Source of the DNA: Haliotis rufescens
Taxonomy: Eukaryota
DNA: 64,000 nucleotides
NCBI RefSeq assembly: GCF_023055435.1
Contig: NW_025964223.1
Span: 37,324,001 to 37,388,000 of the forward strand
Reading direction: 5' to 3'
The notes beneath the pieces are model-generated. The model did not search any database, was not told the origin of the DNA, and was given only the letters and a program-made list of their open reading frames with translations. A program made the translations under genes and the position numbers. Each line of letters begins with the position of its first letter. Position 1 is the stretch's first letter. Positions 39,001 through 52,121 of the stretch are shown here, piece by piece.

Positions 39001-40530
39001 TTTAAAAAATAACACTGACCCATTTATGCTACGAGGTCTCGAAGGATACATGTCAATAAGTGTAGTATGTTTGTTTTACAACCATCTGCGCCTGATTGAA
39101 TGATACAAACTGACAGGAGTTTTTCTGCATAGAACACATCATCTGAAACAACAAAAATCTTATTGATCTTATGTGCCTACCTGTTTATGAATTCCTTTCC
39201 CCGCTATAACGTTGATATACACGCACTAACTAGTCTGCTTCCACGACCACGTTCAGTAAAGTAACGTGTTCTGTTCACTGTGTCCCAGGACATATAGTGG
39301 ACTGGTGTAGCGTGCTCGTTGTGGCACACGCGTTGTGCAAGCAGTATTACAAATTGACCTACACCCTCTCATACCAGCATACAGATGTGGATAAGGCGGA
39401 AGCGAATGGTTTGCTGACTCGACGATCCCCATGCAGGTGATAAAGAAAATTTTGACAAATGTGGCACACAACTGGTAGTACTGTTGGCTTAACTTGCCAG
39501 TTTAGTTACATTCATTAGACTGGATTAGCTGCTCGCTTTAAACTCCAAAATTAAGCTTACAATTACATAGCTGTACAGTTCACAACACATTCATCAGTGG
39601 GCGTTGTTTAGTCCTACAGCGATTGTCTACCTTTGATTCTTATATACACTCGTGTTAATTACATACACAGAAAACAGCCAAGGTTGTAGTGCTCATTTCA
39701 ATTTATTGAAATAAAAAACAACTGGAAATATATAATATCTACTGTAAAGTCCTTTTCATAATTCATTTTGCTATCCTCCCCGAGCCCGACAAACCACCCA
39801 TAACAGCTAGGGTAACGTGTAGAGTCCCCTAACGTAGAACTAATCTAAACTAATCGAAAGAAGGCTAACCTATACAGTCCTTCCACTGGCGTAGAATCTC
39901 CCCGTAACTAATCTAAACTAGGCCAATTTATAACCTACACAGCCATTCCTCTGCGTAGAATCTACCCTAAACTCACCTAAACAAGAATCTACCTTTAGAC
40001 AGGGTAAACATGTACAGTCCTTCTTGAGCCGCATAAGCCACCCAACACAGGCTCAGCCTGCATTAGCAGCCTCTAAACAGGGTCAAGCTATCTCAGCTCC
40101 GACACTCTTCACTAATAATCGTGGGATGATAACAATTACAGGGACAATGTGGTTCTTTGGGGGACTTACAGGGGTGTATAGCTGGGCATGGCACCAGGGA
40201 GATACCTGTTTTCGTGTAGACGATCACAGTTGCTTCCCTCACTTGCATGGGCCCGACAGCATTTAAATAGATTGTGGCAGAGATCTAGCTCAGTTCTCGC
40301 ACATGGTAAGTCGGGGAAATTGTGGGATACTGAATCACTTGTTGCACAATGAATTACCCACAGGTGTCAGTTTACCAAACGGACAATATCTACTCATGCT
40401 AAAAATGTACCATGATGCATGGAGCGTTGGGTCTCCATGCTATAATCCGTCATCTCCGTCTACTTCACTTGGACAGTCCTCATGAATCCTCCTCCTATGA
40501 CCTGTGCCGGTAATAGTAACAACTCGATTC

Positions 40531-41192
40531 TTAGCTCACCTGACCTGAAAGGCTTATATTGTCGCATGTCATCGTCCATAAATGTTGTACAGTTTCGGCT
40601 TCTGGGGAGAGATGGATCGACATGTGGATGGTTGCTAACATAAGGAGGTTCAAGTTTTTTAAGGCTTCAAAATTGTAATTTCAATATGGCCACAATCTTC
40701 TTCAAACGTAAAAACGTATATTGAAATAGCCATATCATTTTTGTTTAAAATGGAATGACATTGGTACATTGTAGTTAGTAGTTGGGTACAGCATTTACGT
40801 TCCGCTTGTTTTTGTTGTGATATTTAAAATTATGACCTTCTTTGACTTTTCACTTCGAAAGCTGAAACTTATGGCCATTATGGCCTGTGTGATCCAACAT
40901 GCGTGTAATGTAGATATACAAGTTTCAACCTTGTATTGACCGTGATTGTAAATTCTCTCAAAATGCATAATTGGAATATTTGAAATTGCCAGACCAAGGG
41001 AACTGAACTTTGACGTCTATGCTTCTTCAAGGATCACATTGTTGAGACCATTGAGTTTGAGTGTTGGTATTTCATGTTTTAGTCCACAGAAATAATGCAG
41101 ATAATATTTGAATAAGGACGTTGACAAGCAAAATGTTAAGTGGCTGTCTTTGTTGATATGTTCAATATCTGACTGAATGTCCAGGTGAGCTA
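40531..41192. mobile_element. Probable Helentron-derived (HINE-like) or MITE element
   Basis: Subterminal inverted repeat TAGCTCACCTG (40532) / CAGGTGAGCTA (41182). It resembles abundant molluscan HINE elements as I recall them. Confidence 0.45.
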
Positions 41193-41265
41193 CAGAGACG
41201 TGGCATTATTTTTAACATTATTGTCCATCGTGCATTAATAACATGTGATGATCCCCAATTTCTCG

Positions 41266-41440
41266 GACCTGTGAAGATCTAGGGTAGAATAGATCTACAG
41301 CAACTCATGCTTGCCGTAAATGGCTACTTTGCTTGTCGTAATGAGCCACTAACGGGATCGGGTGGTCAGGCTCGCGTGGTCAGTCGCCTTTTACGGCAAG
41401 CATGGATTGCTGAAGAACATTTCTAACCCGGATTTTCACG
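41266..41440. mobile_element. Inverted pair of Nin-domain-type SINE segments
   Basis: GTGAAGATC..GGGTAGAAT..CAGCAAC.CATGCTTGCCGTAAA.GGC.ACT appears forward at 41271-41328 and reverse-complemented at 41382-41440. Confidence 0.7.
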
Positions 41441-41519
41441 TGTAGACCATGCAGTACCCGTACACACATTCTGAAGGTAGTGTGCGGTATAGCACACATC
41501 ACAACACACATTAAAGATT

Positions 41520-42446
41520 TGTCTTGCAGGAGACGGACACCCTTGGTCAGCATGCCACGCCTCTTAAGCTTGATAGCGTTCCGCAATTTCCGCAGCAGTG
41601 AAGCATAATAAGCTCCTGTAATTGTGGTACCCTTTGCCAAGAAATCCATCATCACTACTTCGTGCTGGTCCCAAAACACCGTGAGCATGACCTTGCCTGC
41701 AGAGGGTTGGACACGTGCCTTCTTTGGGGGTGGTGACTCCACATGCTTCCATTGCATCGACTGAACTTTAGTCTCAGGATCATAGTGATGGACCCATGTT
41801 TCATCCTGTGTGATAAATCTGTCAAAAAAGTTTGCCTGGTTTTTTTGGCACATGTCCAAAAGATCCTTCGAGCAATTGACTCGTTCCTGCTTTTGGAAAG
41901 GTGTGAGCAACCTGGGAATCCATCGTGCAGACACCTTATGCATTTTCAAATTGTCATGGATGATTTTTTCCACAGACCCTACACTGATCTTGACATCTTG
42001 TGCTAATTGGCGAACAGTTATACGTCGGTCTGCCAAAATGGCGGTCTCCACTTGATGGATAGTGTCCTCATCAATGGCTGAATGGGGGCGACCAGGAATG
42101 GCAGCTGTTTCCTGCAGATGTCCGACCACACTTGAACTGGCGATGCCAGTGTTTAACAACGTCATATGATGGGGCATCTTCCCCATAAGTTGCTTTCATT
42201 TCATCGAAAGTTTCTTTTGGTGTGCGACCTTTCAAATATAAAAACCTAATCACTGCTCGGTATTCTACTGGCTCCATTGTCACACCCCGTCTCGATCATA
42301 ACACCTGTAAAAGTGGTAAGATTAATAGTTTGGTGCTGCAAATTCAGACATAACCCATAGTTACATGTATCATTACACATGTGAAATTTCAACCAAATAT
42401 GATAACCCTAAGTGGTTAAGGGGAAATCTTTAATGAACACCCCTCG
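41520..42446 (-). mobile_element. Mariner transposon copy 2 (3'-truncated, frameshifted)
   Basis: Near-identical to copy 1 by eye, with the same 5' TIR plus TA (42447-48). ORFs are 42071-42283 and 41380-42186, with a +1 frameshift at about 42112. It is truncated at LLQD. Confidence 0.92.
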
Positions 42447-42599
42447 TATATACAAGTCGACTCTTGTTTCGGGCGTAACTACATTTGTCTACACAAGCGG
42501 ACAAAGGCAACCGTGCTTCATATACAGTGATATAAATGTTATGTTATTGAAAATAACAACTTAATATATATTTAGCCATTCGTCTTATCCATGTTTTAT

Positions 42600-43420
42600 C
42601 ATAAACGATTCGTTGACAAAACCCATACCTGGTAACAGGAGACATGTTCTGTGAGGTCTTGAGAAACAGCTGGCCATGGCAATGCAACTATGATATCCTG
42701 CCTCAAAAGTGTTACAACACGTGCAACATGTGGGCGGGCATTATCCTGCTGCAACGTGACTTTACGTCCCTACATTGCACAAAGTGTAGAACATTATCTT
42801 GATGTCGTCCTGGTAGCCTACGCCATTCAAATTGCCATTAACAATGATGAGTTGTGTTCTCCCATGAGTTGTGATGCCACACCATACCATTACACTTCCA
42901 CCCCCAAACAAACGACGTTGAGTAACGCAAGGGTCGACGTCGCTAAAACGTTCTCCTGACGCTTGTAGACCTTGCAAGACCTTCAGAGCTATCCAGATGA
43001 AACCTTGACTCATCTGTGAACTGTGCTCTGTACCAATCTTGTCTTCAGAACCTCAGATGCTGTCTTCACCAAGCTAGGCGTGCCTGGAGGTGACGTGGGA
43101 GCAACATTGGACGTATGGCTGGACGACGTGGCCGGTTGTTGAGTTCCCTCAACCGGTTGCGCATTAATCTGCCGCTAGTTGATCTCAAACCAGAAATTGT
43201 CCGTGCTGTTGATGTGACAATACTGTTTAGTATCGATTCCGTAGATGCACCAACCGAATATGGCTGTCTTGTTGACGTGACGCCACACGTGGACGACTGG
43301 TCCGTGGCAAGTCATGAGGGTGGCCACGTTGTAGATAACGCTGATTTACGTTATTTAATCGTAAAACCAAAGTGTTTTGTGAGCTCCTGGTAGCTAACAA
43401 CCATTGTGTGCTGTTCACAT
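42600..43420 (-). mobile_element. Degenerate Tc1 transposon
   Basis: Fragments encode FTDES, FGGGSVMVWCGITTHGRTQLIIVNGNLNG, QQDNARPH and WP, with many stops and frameshifts. Confidence 0.8.
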
Positions 43421-44304
43421 TTTTTTTTTTAAAAAACGCGTGTCAGTCCACACATTTACTCCTCTAAAAATAATCTTTACTGGTGCTGATTTCATGTGGG
43501 ATAGAGTTAGCTAGAATTGCATTTTTATAATCTAGATTGGTTTTGATTTAATAAAATACATATATTCCACATTCGTGATGCAGGACTATAATACGGTTAA
43601 GGAAGAGAATATATGGATGTCAACTTCTTTATTATGAGGAACACAACGTTACGGTTGCTATGCAGTGTAACAGTGACGCGTAACTTGATTAAAACCCACC
43701 CCACAGCGCAGCGAGGCACGTCGACACGAAAAAAAGCTCCAGTTGCTTGAAGACAATCATTCTTGATTAACGCAGCCCGAGGGCAGTAATATTTTTTGTT
43801 ATCTAAAATAAATTGATTTTTACTGCTTGCAGTCCCGACGCTTTGGGAATTCCCCTTTTTATGATGCCAGAGTGAAAAGAAAACACATGCATGGTTTGAC
43901 AAATAAGTCCTTAGTGAAGAAATAGCTATGCCAAAAATCACAAATAGAGGAAGAATTATTGATTCTTTAAGTATAAACATCTGTGTATGTATGCATGACA
44001 AAGACGCCGAAACAGCCATCAGCAAAGTTTCTCAATTTAATTAATGAAAATCAAATCCTTTTGCACATGAAAGGTCTGTAAGATTACGCCTGTTCAAGTG
44101 ATATCCGATTGTCTCGATTTCTTTAACAAATTTCGCCTTTATCGACACGTCTACTGCATTGGAACGATGCCCAAATGTGGGTTGAAATAAGACGCAACGA
44201 CGCACTGAACAGCACAGTGAGGGGAGCCCTTTACTCAGGTCATGAAATGGGACCGTGTGTTACTCATGGAAGTCAAATGAGCCCTACTTCGTGCATGAAC
44301 TTTG

Positions 44305-44510
44305 AACCTGTAAGGATCCTTTTAGGACCCCATGCTTGCCGTTAGAGGCGACTAACGAGATCGGGTGGTTAGGGTAGCTGACTTGCGTGGATCGATGCTC
44401 ATGATGTCAATCACTTGATTGTCTGGTCCAGACTCGATTATTTACAGACTGCCGTCAAGAAGTTGGCATTTTCCTGAATGCGGCGTTAAACAACAAACAA
44501 CAAACAACAA
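44305..44510 (+). mobile_element. Nin-domain-type SINE (5'-truncated)
   Basis: CCCATGCTTGCCGTTAGAGGCGACTAACGAGATCGGGTGG...GTCCAGACTCGATTATTTACAGAC...GCGGCGTTAAACAAC tail. Related copies lie at about 9250-9310, 41266 and 51932. Confidence 0.75.
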
Positions 44511-44806
44511 GAAGCATGAACTTTGTGTAAATCCTACTGTGCCCGACATTAAAGTAATGCATACAGATACAGGCCGCAACGCTATGGCACAAGACCAGGC
44601 AGTGACTTGACTCGTTGGCGACTGTACAGCGACGCAGTGACGGATGGAGTAGCGTCAACAAACCCGTGAAGTATTGATGGTGCGTCTTAACATAGTTAAA
44701 GATACAACAAACTAACGTTTTGTGAATACGTTTAATCAGAACTGCATTTTTTAGTTTCAGATACACAAAACATAACCACTTATACATTACTCTCCGTCGG
44801 TATAAA

Positions 44807-44970
44807 GTGAGTGAGTGAGTGAGGGAGTATGTCTTTACACCGCTTCTCGCAAAATTCCAGCAATATCACGACGGTGGAAAACAGAAATAGGCTTCACACA
44901 TTGTAACTATATGGGGAATCGAACTCGTGTCTTCGGTGTTACGAGTGGACCACTAGGCTACACTCCCGTC
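44807..44970 (-). mobile_element. Short tRNA-derived SINE
   Basis: Minus-strand A box TAGCCTAGTGG, B box GAGTTCGATTCCC, shared GCTGGAAT...GCGGTGTAAA tail and (ACTC)n end. Confidence 0.75.
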
Positions 44971-45302
44971 TGTCGTTATTAACATGTGCGAAAAGGCTCA
45001 ACATATATATACAGTCGTCTGTCGTGGTGTGACGACAACAGCCACGCAACCTGCCCTCCATGTGTCCATGGGTGTATTTATTGAATTTGACTTTGTGCAT
45101 ACGACATAGCTCAAATGGCGAACATCATTATGAGATCACAGAAATATGCAGGTCAAATTGAAGGAGGTACAATAATAAATAGTCATTTTAAACAACGTGT
45201 TTATCATAAATAATACATCAGGTCCTTTATTCGCTTTGCATTTGTCCGATGAGCTATTTATATTCGCACTATTTTGAGTCCCGTACCATAACAGAGCACG
45301 TA

Positions 45303-46853
45303 TCATACTCTACCCTCTTCTTCGTCTTCATTGACGCCCTCTTCCTCCTCGACACATCCGTCTATTCCTTCATCAACAAGCTGAGCTTCATCCTGCAACT
45401 GAACCTCCTCCCTTTCTTCCCCAGCCTCCTGCACAGCCTTAGCCTCCTTCACCATATCAGCCTCTAGAACCTTCTGTGCATTCATGCCCTGCGTTTCCGA
45501 TTCCCTAGATTTCCCGGATTTTGTCCCCTGGTTGCCGGCCCACGCACAGTCTCCCTCTTCCTCTATAGGTGTGTCCACATTGCTTTTCCCACTCTTGTTA
45601 CGCCCGGTCTTCTTACTGTTGGCAGAGGCAGCTTTACTGATGGCTGAAGGTGAGCGCACCATGAGGAACTCATCTAAATCTCTGTGGACAGCCACGTCGG
45701 AGTACTTGTCCGGAGACCTAGTCGCACCTGGCCTGTTCATCTCCAGCATCATCCGCAGCAGCACGGTGTCCGTGCAGTGAGCGGGGAAGCCGGACATCTG
45801 GGGGATGTGCACAGCCACTGACCGGCCGGGGGTGGGCTGCTGGTAGATCCGATTGAAATGGACGTAACTCGAGACAGAGTCAAACTGGTATTGGGTGTCA
45901 GTCTTTGCGACGGTGCGACGTTCTCTCTTCACCTTTCTGTAAGGATTATTGAAGCACACTTTGGCATCTTTCTTTACGAACTGGGTGAAGTGTTTCAGCT
46001 TGATAGCCTCGTTCTGGGTTCCCAGGGGAAGGCGAATGCTCTGGTTGACACTAAGACATTGATTGAGCGCCTGAGGATTTTGGGCTACGAGTGGAGACGG
46101 GCTCTCCTTGAAGGCGTTGCGCGTGAATCGGCGAGGTGAACGTAGGGGGCTATCGATACTAGGGTACATCTCACTGTACCCAGATCTGGATGTCCCGCTA
46201 TCCACCCCCTTCATTTTATGCCCAGTAAGTTCAAACCCTTCCCCTTGAGACCGAGATGATCTCTTGGCCATGAAAGTACTACCATACGACGGAGACAGCG
46301 CTGGACCAAGCATGAAGTACGGGGATGCGAAAGCGGGAAGACTGATATCGTCCTTTGCTTTAATGTCTCTCATCTCCTTCTCCAACACGGCGCTATTTGT
46401 AGGCTCACTATGCGCCTTCCCAATGTGGACTTGGATTTGACGATCGACGTCTTGAGTGTTGGTAGGCTGCAGAGGCTGAATTCTGTCTGGGAGCAATTTT
46501 AATGTGTCTGGACCTACGTATTTCCCCAACTTGTCCCGAACTGGTTTCCCACGAAGCACAAACTGAATAGATGACGGACCAAAGTTGGTGTCCATGGTAG
46601 AGATGCCTTGGTTCGCTGTGCGCATGCGTGTGAGGACTTCCATTCGTCTGGAAGCAGGGTTGGAGCTGTTGTTGAGAAATTCTTTACTGCAACTTGGTCG
46701 CTGACCGGGCATGTAGAAATTGTCACCGTTAGCTACCCATGCTTTCTCTGTAGGAGGGGGTGGTGGCTTAATTATTTCGCTGTGAGAACTGAACGAGTTT
46801 TCCCGAGACGGGGATACCCCTTGGATACGCAGTCTGTCTATTACTTTCGCCAT
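45303..46853 (-). CDS. Uncharacterised protein, 516 aa, single coding exon, largely disordered with an acidic C-terminus
   Basis: 1.55-kb uninterrupted, non-repetitive ORF with higher GC than its flanks. The ATG has a good context (gtgATGg) with an in-frame stop just upstream. A splice acceptor at about 46929 and donor at about 47684 suggest a non-coding first exon. A downstream AATAAA lies at about 45226 (minus). No domain recognised. Confidence 0.8.
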   Translation of the reverse strand: MAKVIDRLRIQGVSPSRENSFSSHSEIIKPPPPPTEKAWVANGDNFYMPGQRPSCSKEFLNNSSNPASRRMEVLTRMRTANQGISTMDTNFGPSSIQFVLRGKPVRDKLGKYVGPDTLKLLPDRIQPLQPTNTQDVDRQIQVHIGKAHSEPTNSAVLEKEMRDIKAKDDISLPAFASPYFMLGPALSPSYGSTFMAKRSSRSQGEGFELTGHKMKGVDSGTSRSGYSEMYPSIDSPLRSPRRFTRNAFKESPSPLVAQNPQALNQCLSVNQSIRLPLGTQNEAIKLKHFTQFVKKDAKVCFNNPYRKVKRERRTVAKTDTQYQFDSVSSYVHFNRIYQQPTPGRSVAVHIPQMSGFPAHCTDTVLLRMMLEMNRPGATRSPDKYSDVAVHRDLDEFLMVRSPSAISKAASANSKKTGRNKSGKSNVDTPIEEEGDCAWAGNQGTKSGKSRESETQGMNAQKVLEADMVKEAKAVQEAGEEREEVQLQDEAQLVDEGIDGCVEEEEGVNEDEEEGRV

Positions 46854-49647
46854 CACGGGTCGTCAAATGTTTTGGAGGTTACGAAGTCAAGGGTTTCTTT
46901 AGACACACATCCTTTAAACGACCATATTCTGAAATAAACGAAATTGATTTAATTTATTATTACATGCATACAATATTAAAACTAATTTTTAAACAAATTA
47001 CCACCTGATCCATGTCTGATTGGTACACTGATTCTTCTCCGGCACGTGCACAATCCGGCGACTTGAAGTACCAATTTGGTGAAGGTTGCCGAATAACGTA
47101 CATTAAAGCGTACATTTGGGTTTTGTAACTTCAGAAAAACTGTATCCCCCAAAAGCAATTCATTTTTTATTCTCTCTCTATTCTCGATTTATTCGTTTCA
47201 ATGTCTGTAGTTAGTTTATTGTTACACAGATATGTTAGTTGATCATAAAAGAACTGTTTAACAAAAACAGTTTCAAAACGGTAACATATAAGGTAAGTCG
47301 TGTCTGATCGCGTGAGATTTGTACAACATACACTGTCTTCACACCATGAACTGATATCTTAACGAACTCTCGTGAGATCTAGCCGAGAAGACACCCAAGC
47401 CCCAATGTCTCAATGGCGGAGTAACCAGACACGGGATCATACCGACACATTCGCCGCAGTTCATCAGACATGTTCTGTTAACCTTTGTTTCTCTAAACCT
47501 CACTCCCAACCCAACACTAACCATACATATGAGACCCCTACCTCCACTCCCCGGGCACGTTTCGGACACGCCCAACCCCACCCGCTCATAAAACAATGAA
47601 GATTACCTAATAGTCTGTTGATCAGGCTAATAGTACATAAAATAATTCATCATGTTTTCGTTAGTATGACAAAAGGTTACTCACTCTTGGAAACAGTTTA
47701 CACGATTTGAAGAAAAGTAGTGTAAGCATTTAAAGAATGAATCTAATCCGTGGCCTTCAAAGTGAAATGTGTTCCTTTACAGATCCACACGACTTCAGTC
47801 CGCCTCAAGTATACCAGATAATGGTAAAGGTCAAAACCAACAAGAGTGTATGTCAAGTGAATAGTGTTTCTACTGTACATCAACACTTACCAATTTAGCA
47901 CCGCTGACTTGCTAACTCTATATAACTTTCTGGTTATTTTTCACGGACAAACATGACGTCTTCTCACAGGCAACCCACCTTCCGAAAATTCTCCTTCCTT
48001 TTGCAGCTGTGACTATCGCATAATCGATGAAGTTTTGTAAGTTTTCGAAGAGGATACAGTTATTGACATATGGCCATTTTGCTCCAAGTGTTGGCAAGGT
48101 GTGCGTGGTTTGCGTGTCGAGGTAAGCTGGGATATTGAAGTATCAGCCCGAGGTCTCTAACACCACTGTGTGGAGCTAAATCATTATTCCTTCCATTGTA
48201 TTTTACCAACACCGTATCGGCCTACTAATTTCATGCTGTGACGTCACTAAGTCGGTTGGCAACATACCTTATCTAACAATAGATGCTGTCTTTTTGAAAA
48301 TATAATATTTTTTATTCTAATTGCTGTTAAACTACCAGCATGATATAAAACAATTTTGCAGCTATGACAAGATTGCTATGTGGTTGTTTGTTATTTAAGG
48401 TGAGTAAACAATACGAGTGTCCAGACAGACCTGTTGAATGTCTTAATTAGTTAAGGCCTCGTTTCATTTACCAAGGGGGGTAATCCATGTGTGGCCAAAT
48501 TTGATATTTCTTCGCTCAGTTAAACACATGTAAAACGTGTTGTTACAATAACCACCCAGTAGACATAAAACACGTGACAAGGCTTCGTTCGTTACATGTG
48601 CCTGAATGCCGTAATGAGAAACCTGTTGAACCGACTGGTAACCAGATGAAGCGATTAGTGAGAATATCAATCGAGCGCTTAGATGAGATTTATGGAACGG
48701 AGCGCGGAAATGGCCAATGCCTTGCCATAAGACACGCAATCGACAGCGGTGTCCGTGTCCCACACCTCGTGTGTTCAGATGTCCGGCGAATTGACAAATA
48801 AACAGATTGACCAGTTCCCGGTTCATTGGACATGACATCGGAATGTGTCCACACAACTGGACCGGGCGAGCAAACAGGTGCCACAGCAGTTAAGGGACAA
48901 ACAGGTGAACGCCCGTCTGTCCAATTGCCACATGGTTGAACAGGGCTTGGAGTCGGAAACAGGAATCTCGGACGTGTGCCGGGAACAGTCTATTTAATAA
49001 TTCTACCTTGAAACTGTCCCGACTGCAGCAAAAGGACAAATGTCATAAGACCAGTCATGACAACACACAACTAGCGATTTGAATTCATATTTGTGCACAG
49101 TTTTCATGATTTTTTTTGGATAGGTTTGAAACCTATTTCTCAACAAAACAGTCCCTGTATAAATGTCACTCGCCACATGAACGAGCAGAGATTATGTTGC
49201 GCTTTAAGGCTGAGGAGCTAGGCAAGCTCTTTAAACCCCACTATTTTATATATTATTTATATAGTCTAACATTTAATGTCAAAGTTTCGCTCACGTCATC
49301 ATTTACAACCTGCACGACCTAGACAACTGGCAGCAGACAATGGAGCATAGTACCTCTTCATATGGCTATCAGTATCCTGGTCATTAAATGATATCTGATT
49401 ACTATGGCGACGTACAATGTGACAGGCGTATATATAGCCACTTGTTATGCCTCCTAAGCAAGTGTATGCGTGTATGTCTGCGGCTCTCTGTATGTACCAG
49501 CGGTCCCAGCTGGACATGTTCTAATTACTTTATTTATGTGGGTATGATCATTTGACAAATGTAGAGCCACACTCGATATATTTACACATGTAACCTCTTT
49601 TATACATCGACAAGACTCGTAATTCAGGTGTCTAGCCACTTTATATA

Positions 49648-51262
49648 CTACTCAAAAGAAGTTAAAGAACACCCAAATAAGTTATCAAAATCACTCAAAA
49701 AATAAATCGTGGCCACAGGAACAACACTGATTGGGAAAGATAAGTATTTAATCATGACATTTCATTGACGAAAGAAACGCTGGCATACAGCTGACCAGAG
49801 CAAATCAATATGCATTGCATGTACCCTATAAATCAAAAGTCACACACTACAGTTCAGGATAATCCTGTTCCTTCAATATCGGGTAGGCCCACCCCTGGAA
49901 GCAATACAGTTCTGACATCTTCTACGCATAGATCGAACAAGCTGCCGCAGTGTTGTCTGTGGAATTGCTTGCTATTCCTGATGAAGAAATCCTAACAGTT
50001 GCTGGAGATTAACAGGAGTTGGGTGGTTAGCTTGAACGGCTCTTCCCAAGGCATCCCAAAGATGTTCAATGGGCGCCAGATCTGGCGAATAAGCAGGCCA
50101 TTGCATAACGGTAATCTGCCTTTGTCTGTGATAGTCAGTGATAATCCGAGCGCGATGGGGTCTTGCATTGTCGTCCTGAAGGATAGCACCTTGACCAATC
50201 TGACGAAGTGTGGGCAATACCAGGGGTTCAAGAATCTCATCACGGTACCTGGCAGCATTCAGATTCCCGACAATATGGTACAGAGGAGTCCTATGATTCC
50301 AACTGAATCCTTCCCATACCATCACTGATCCCCCACCAAAAGCGACACGTTCACGTACTGTGGCATCAGTGAATCTCTCTCCAGTACGACGCCACACCCG
50401 TATTCTTCCATCATTGAGCTGCAAACAGAATCGCGACTCGTCTGTAAACAGTACACGAGACCATTGCTGTCTGTTCCAACGCACATGTTGTCGACACCAA
50501 GCCAGACGTGCTGTTCTGTGAACTGGACGTAAAGGTGGTCTCACTGCTTGTCGTCGACTTCTCAAGTGCGCAGCTCGTAAACGGTTTCGCACCGACTGAT
50601 CACTAACGACTGTGTTATTGACAGCCCTTAACTGTAACCTGAGGTTGTTTGCTGTTGATGTACGCTGCCTGAGTGCTTGGAGAACCAGGTATCGGTCATC
50701 ACGTTGTGAGGTACACCTTGGCCGTCCAGAACGATGTCGCTCTTGCACTCCGCCAGTGGCAGCAAAACGATGCCAAAGGTGTGAATGACAGAGGGAGACA
50801 CCTGCAATCTTCTGCCCACTTCAGGTAAAGAAAGGCAATCCTGGAGCCAACCAATAGCTCGTCCTCTATCAACATCAGTCAGATGTCGTCTCTGTGGCAT
50901 GGTTTTGGAAAGTGTGATAACACGATCATCATCATCGCCTTCTTAAAGGGAAAGCATGCACGTGCACCATGAACATCACCACTTTCATATGCTGAGCATG
51001 AAAATTGTGTTGGTTGTTGCTAAGGACAGGTGCAGCGTTGTGTTTGGGCGACAATATTCCTGTGTTTTGCTCATGTTTTCAATTCATTTGCATGACTACC
51101 AGAAGTGTTTCCAGAAAGTGTCAGGAGGATCAGCAATACCCCAGACGTGGTGCAACATGTTGCCAAACATTAGATGATAGTAATGTTATAACACATAATG
51201 CCATGACCAATTTGCTAAATCGTGTATTATATATCTGGTGTTCTTTAACTTCTTTTGAGTAG
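49648..51262 (-). mobile_element. Near-full-length Tc1 (DD34E) transposon
   Basis: TA-flanked TIRs CTACTCAAAAGAAGTTAAAGAACACC. The transposase is split over ORFs 50628-50900 and 49972-50748 (GRPR, FTDESRF, GGGSVMVW, QDDNARPH, WPAYSPDLAPIEHLW), with one frameshift and a late premature stop. Confidence 0.95.
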
Positions 51263-51931
51263 TATATATTACCCATACTCGTAATTCAAGTTTCTAGCCA
51301 CTTAAAATACTCTCAAAAAAAGTAGGGGTTATTTGAAAATAACAGATGATTACTGAAAAATAAAGAGGTATCGAATAATGGTAATGGGTGGGGGAAAGTA
51401 CAGAACAGTCTCCCAGTGACAATTTGAGCGAGTCTTTTCCAGTCGGCTAATGTGCAGGTGACCTTTAACGTCGGCGTACACGTCTCACGAGCAAGTCCGC
51501 GGCGTGCACTGTGGGGTTTAAGTCAGGACTGATGGCTAGCTATAGCAATCTGATGATGTTTTGCAAGTGGGGGTAGTCAGTTACGATACGCGCAAGGACA
51601 ACAGTGGCGCTCTGGCAGTAACAGTGATCCCATCCCATATCATTACAGACCCACCCCAACTATTGTCACGTTGCCTTACGTTGACGTTCGCGTAGCTTTC
51701 GTCAGGAGGATGAGAGACACGTCCACGCCTATCCAGAAAGTCCAGAGTGAATATGGACTCATATGAAAACATTACACAGACCATCGGTCATTCCTCCAGT
51801 TCTACGATCTAAACACCATTGGCGTCTGGCTAGAATGTGTCGTCGGGTTACGGTGCTACAACGCGTGGTCGCTGAGCGTGCAGCATGCAAATTAGCAGCT
51901 TGCAGACGATTTTCTAGTCAGTAAATTGACG

Positions 51932-52121
51932 TATGCTTGTCGTAGGTGGCGACTAACCGGATCGGGTGGTTAGGCTCGATGACTTGGTTGATGCATGTCT
52001 TCGCATTTCAATTGCTTGGATCGATGCTCATGGTATCAATTACTGGACTGTCTAGTCCAGACTGATTATTTACAGACCGCCGTCATATAGCTGGAATACT
52101 GCAGTGAGTGCAACAAACAAA
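51932..52121 (+). mobile_element. Nin-domain-type SINE nested in the Tc1 relic
   Basis: Same core and tail as 44305-44510. Confidence 0.75.

Noticed and set aside
38117-42446. The mariner 3' fragment as the missing end of copy 2
   Set aside because: Over the shared PPYSPDLAPS region it differs from copy 1 at most synonymous positions, whereas copies 1 and 2 are near-identical. The TIRs also differ.
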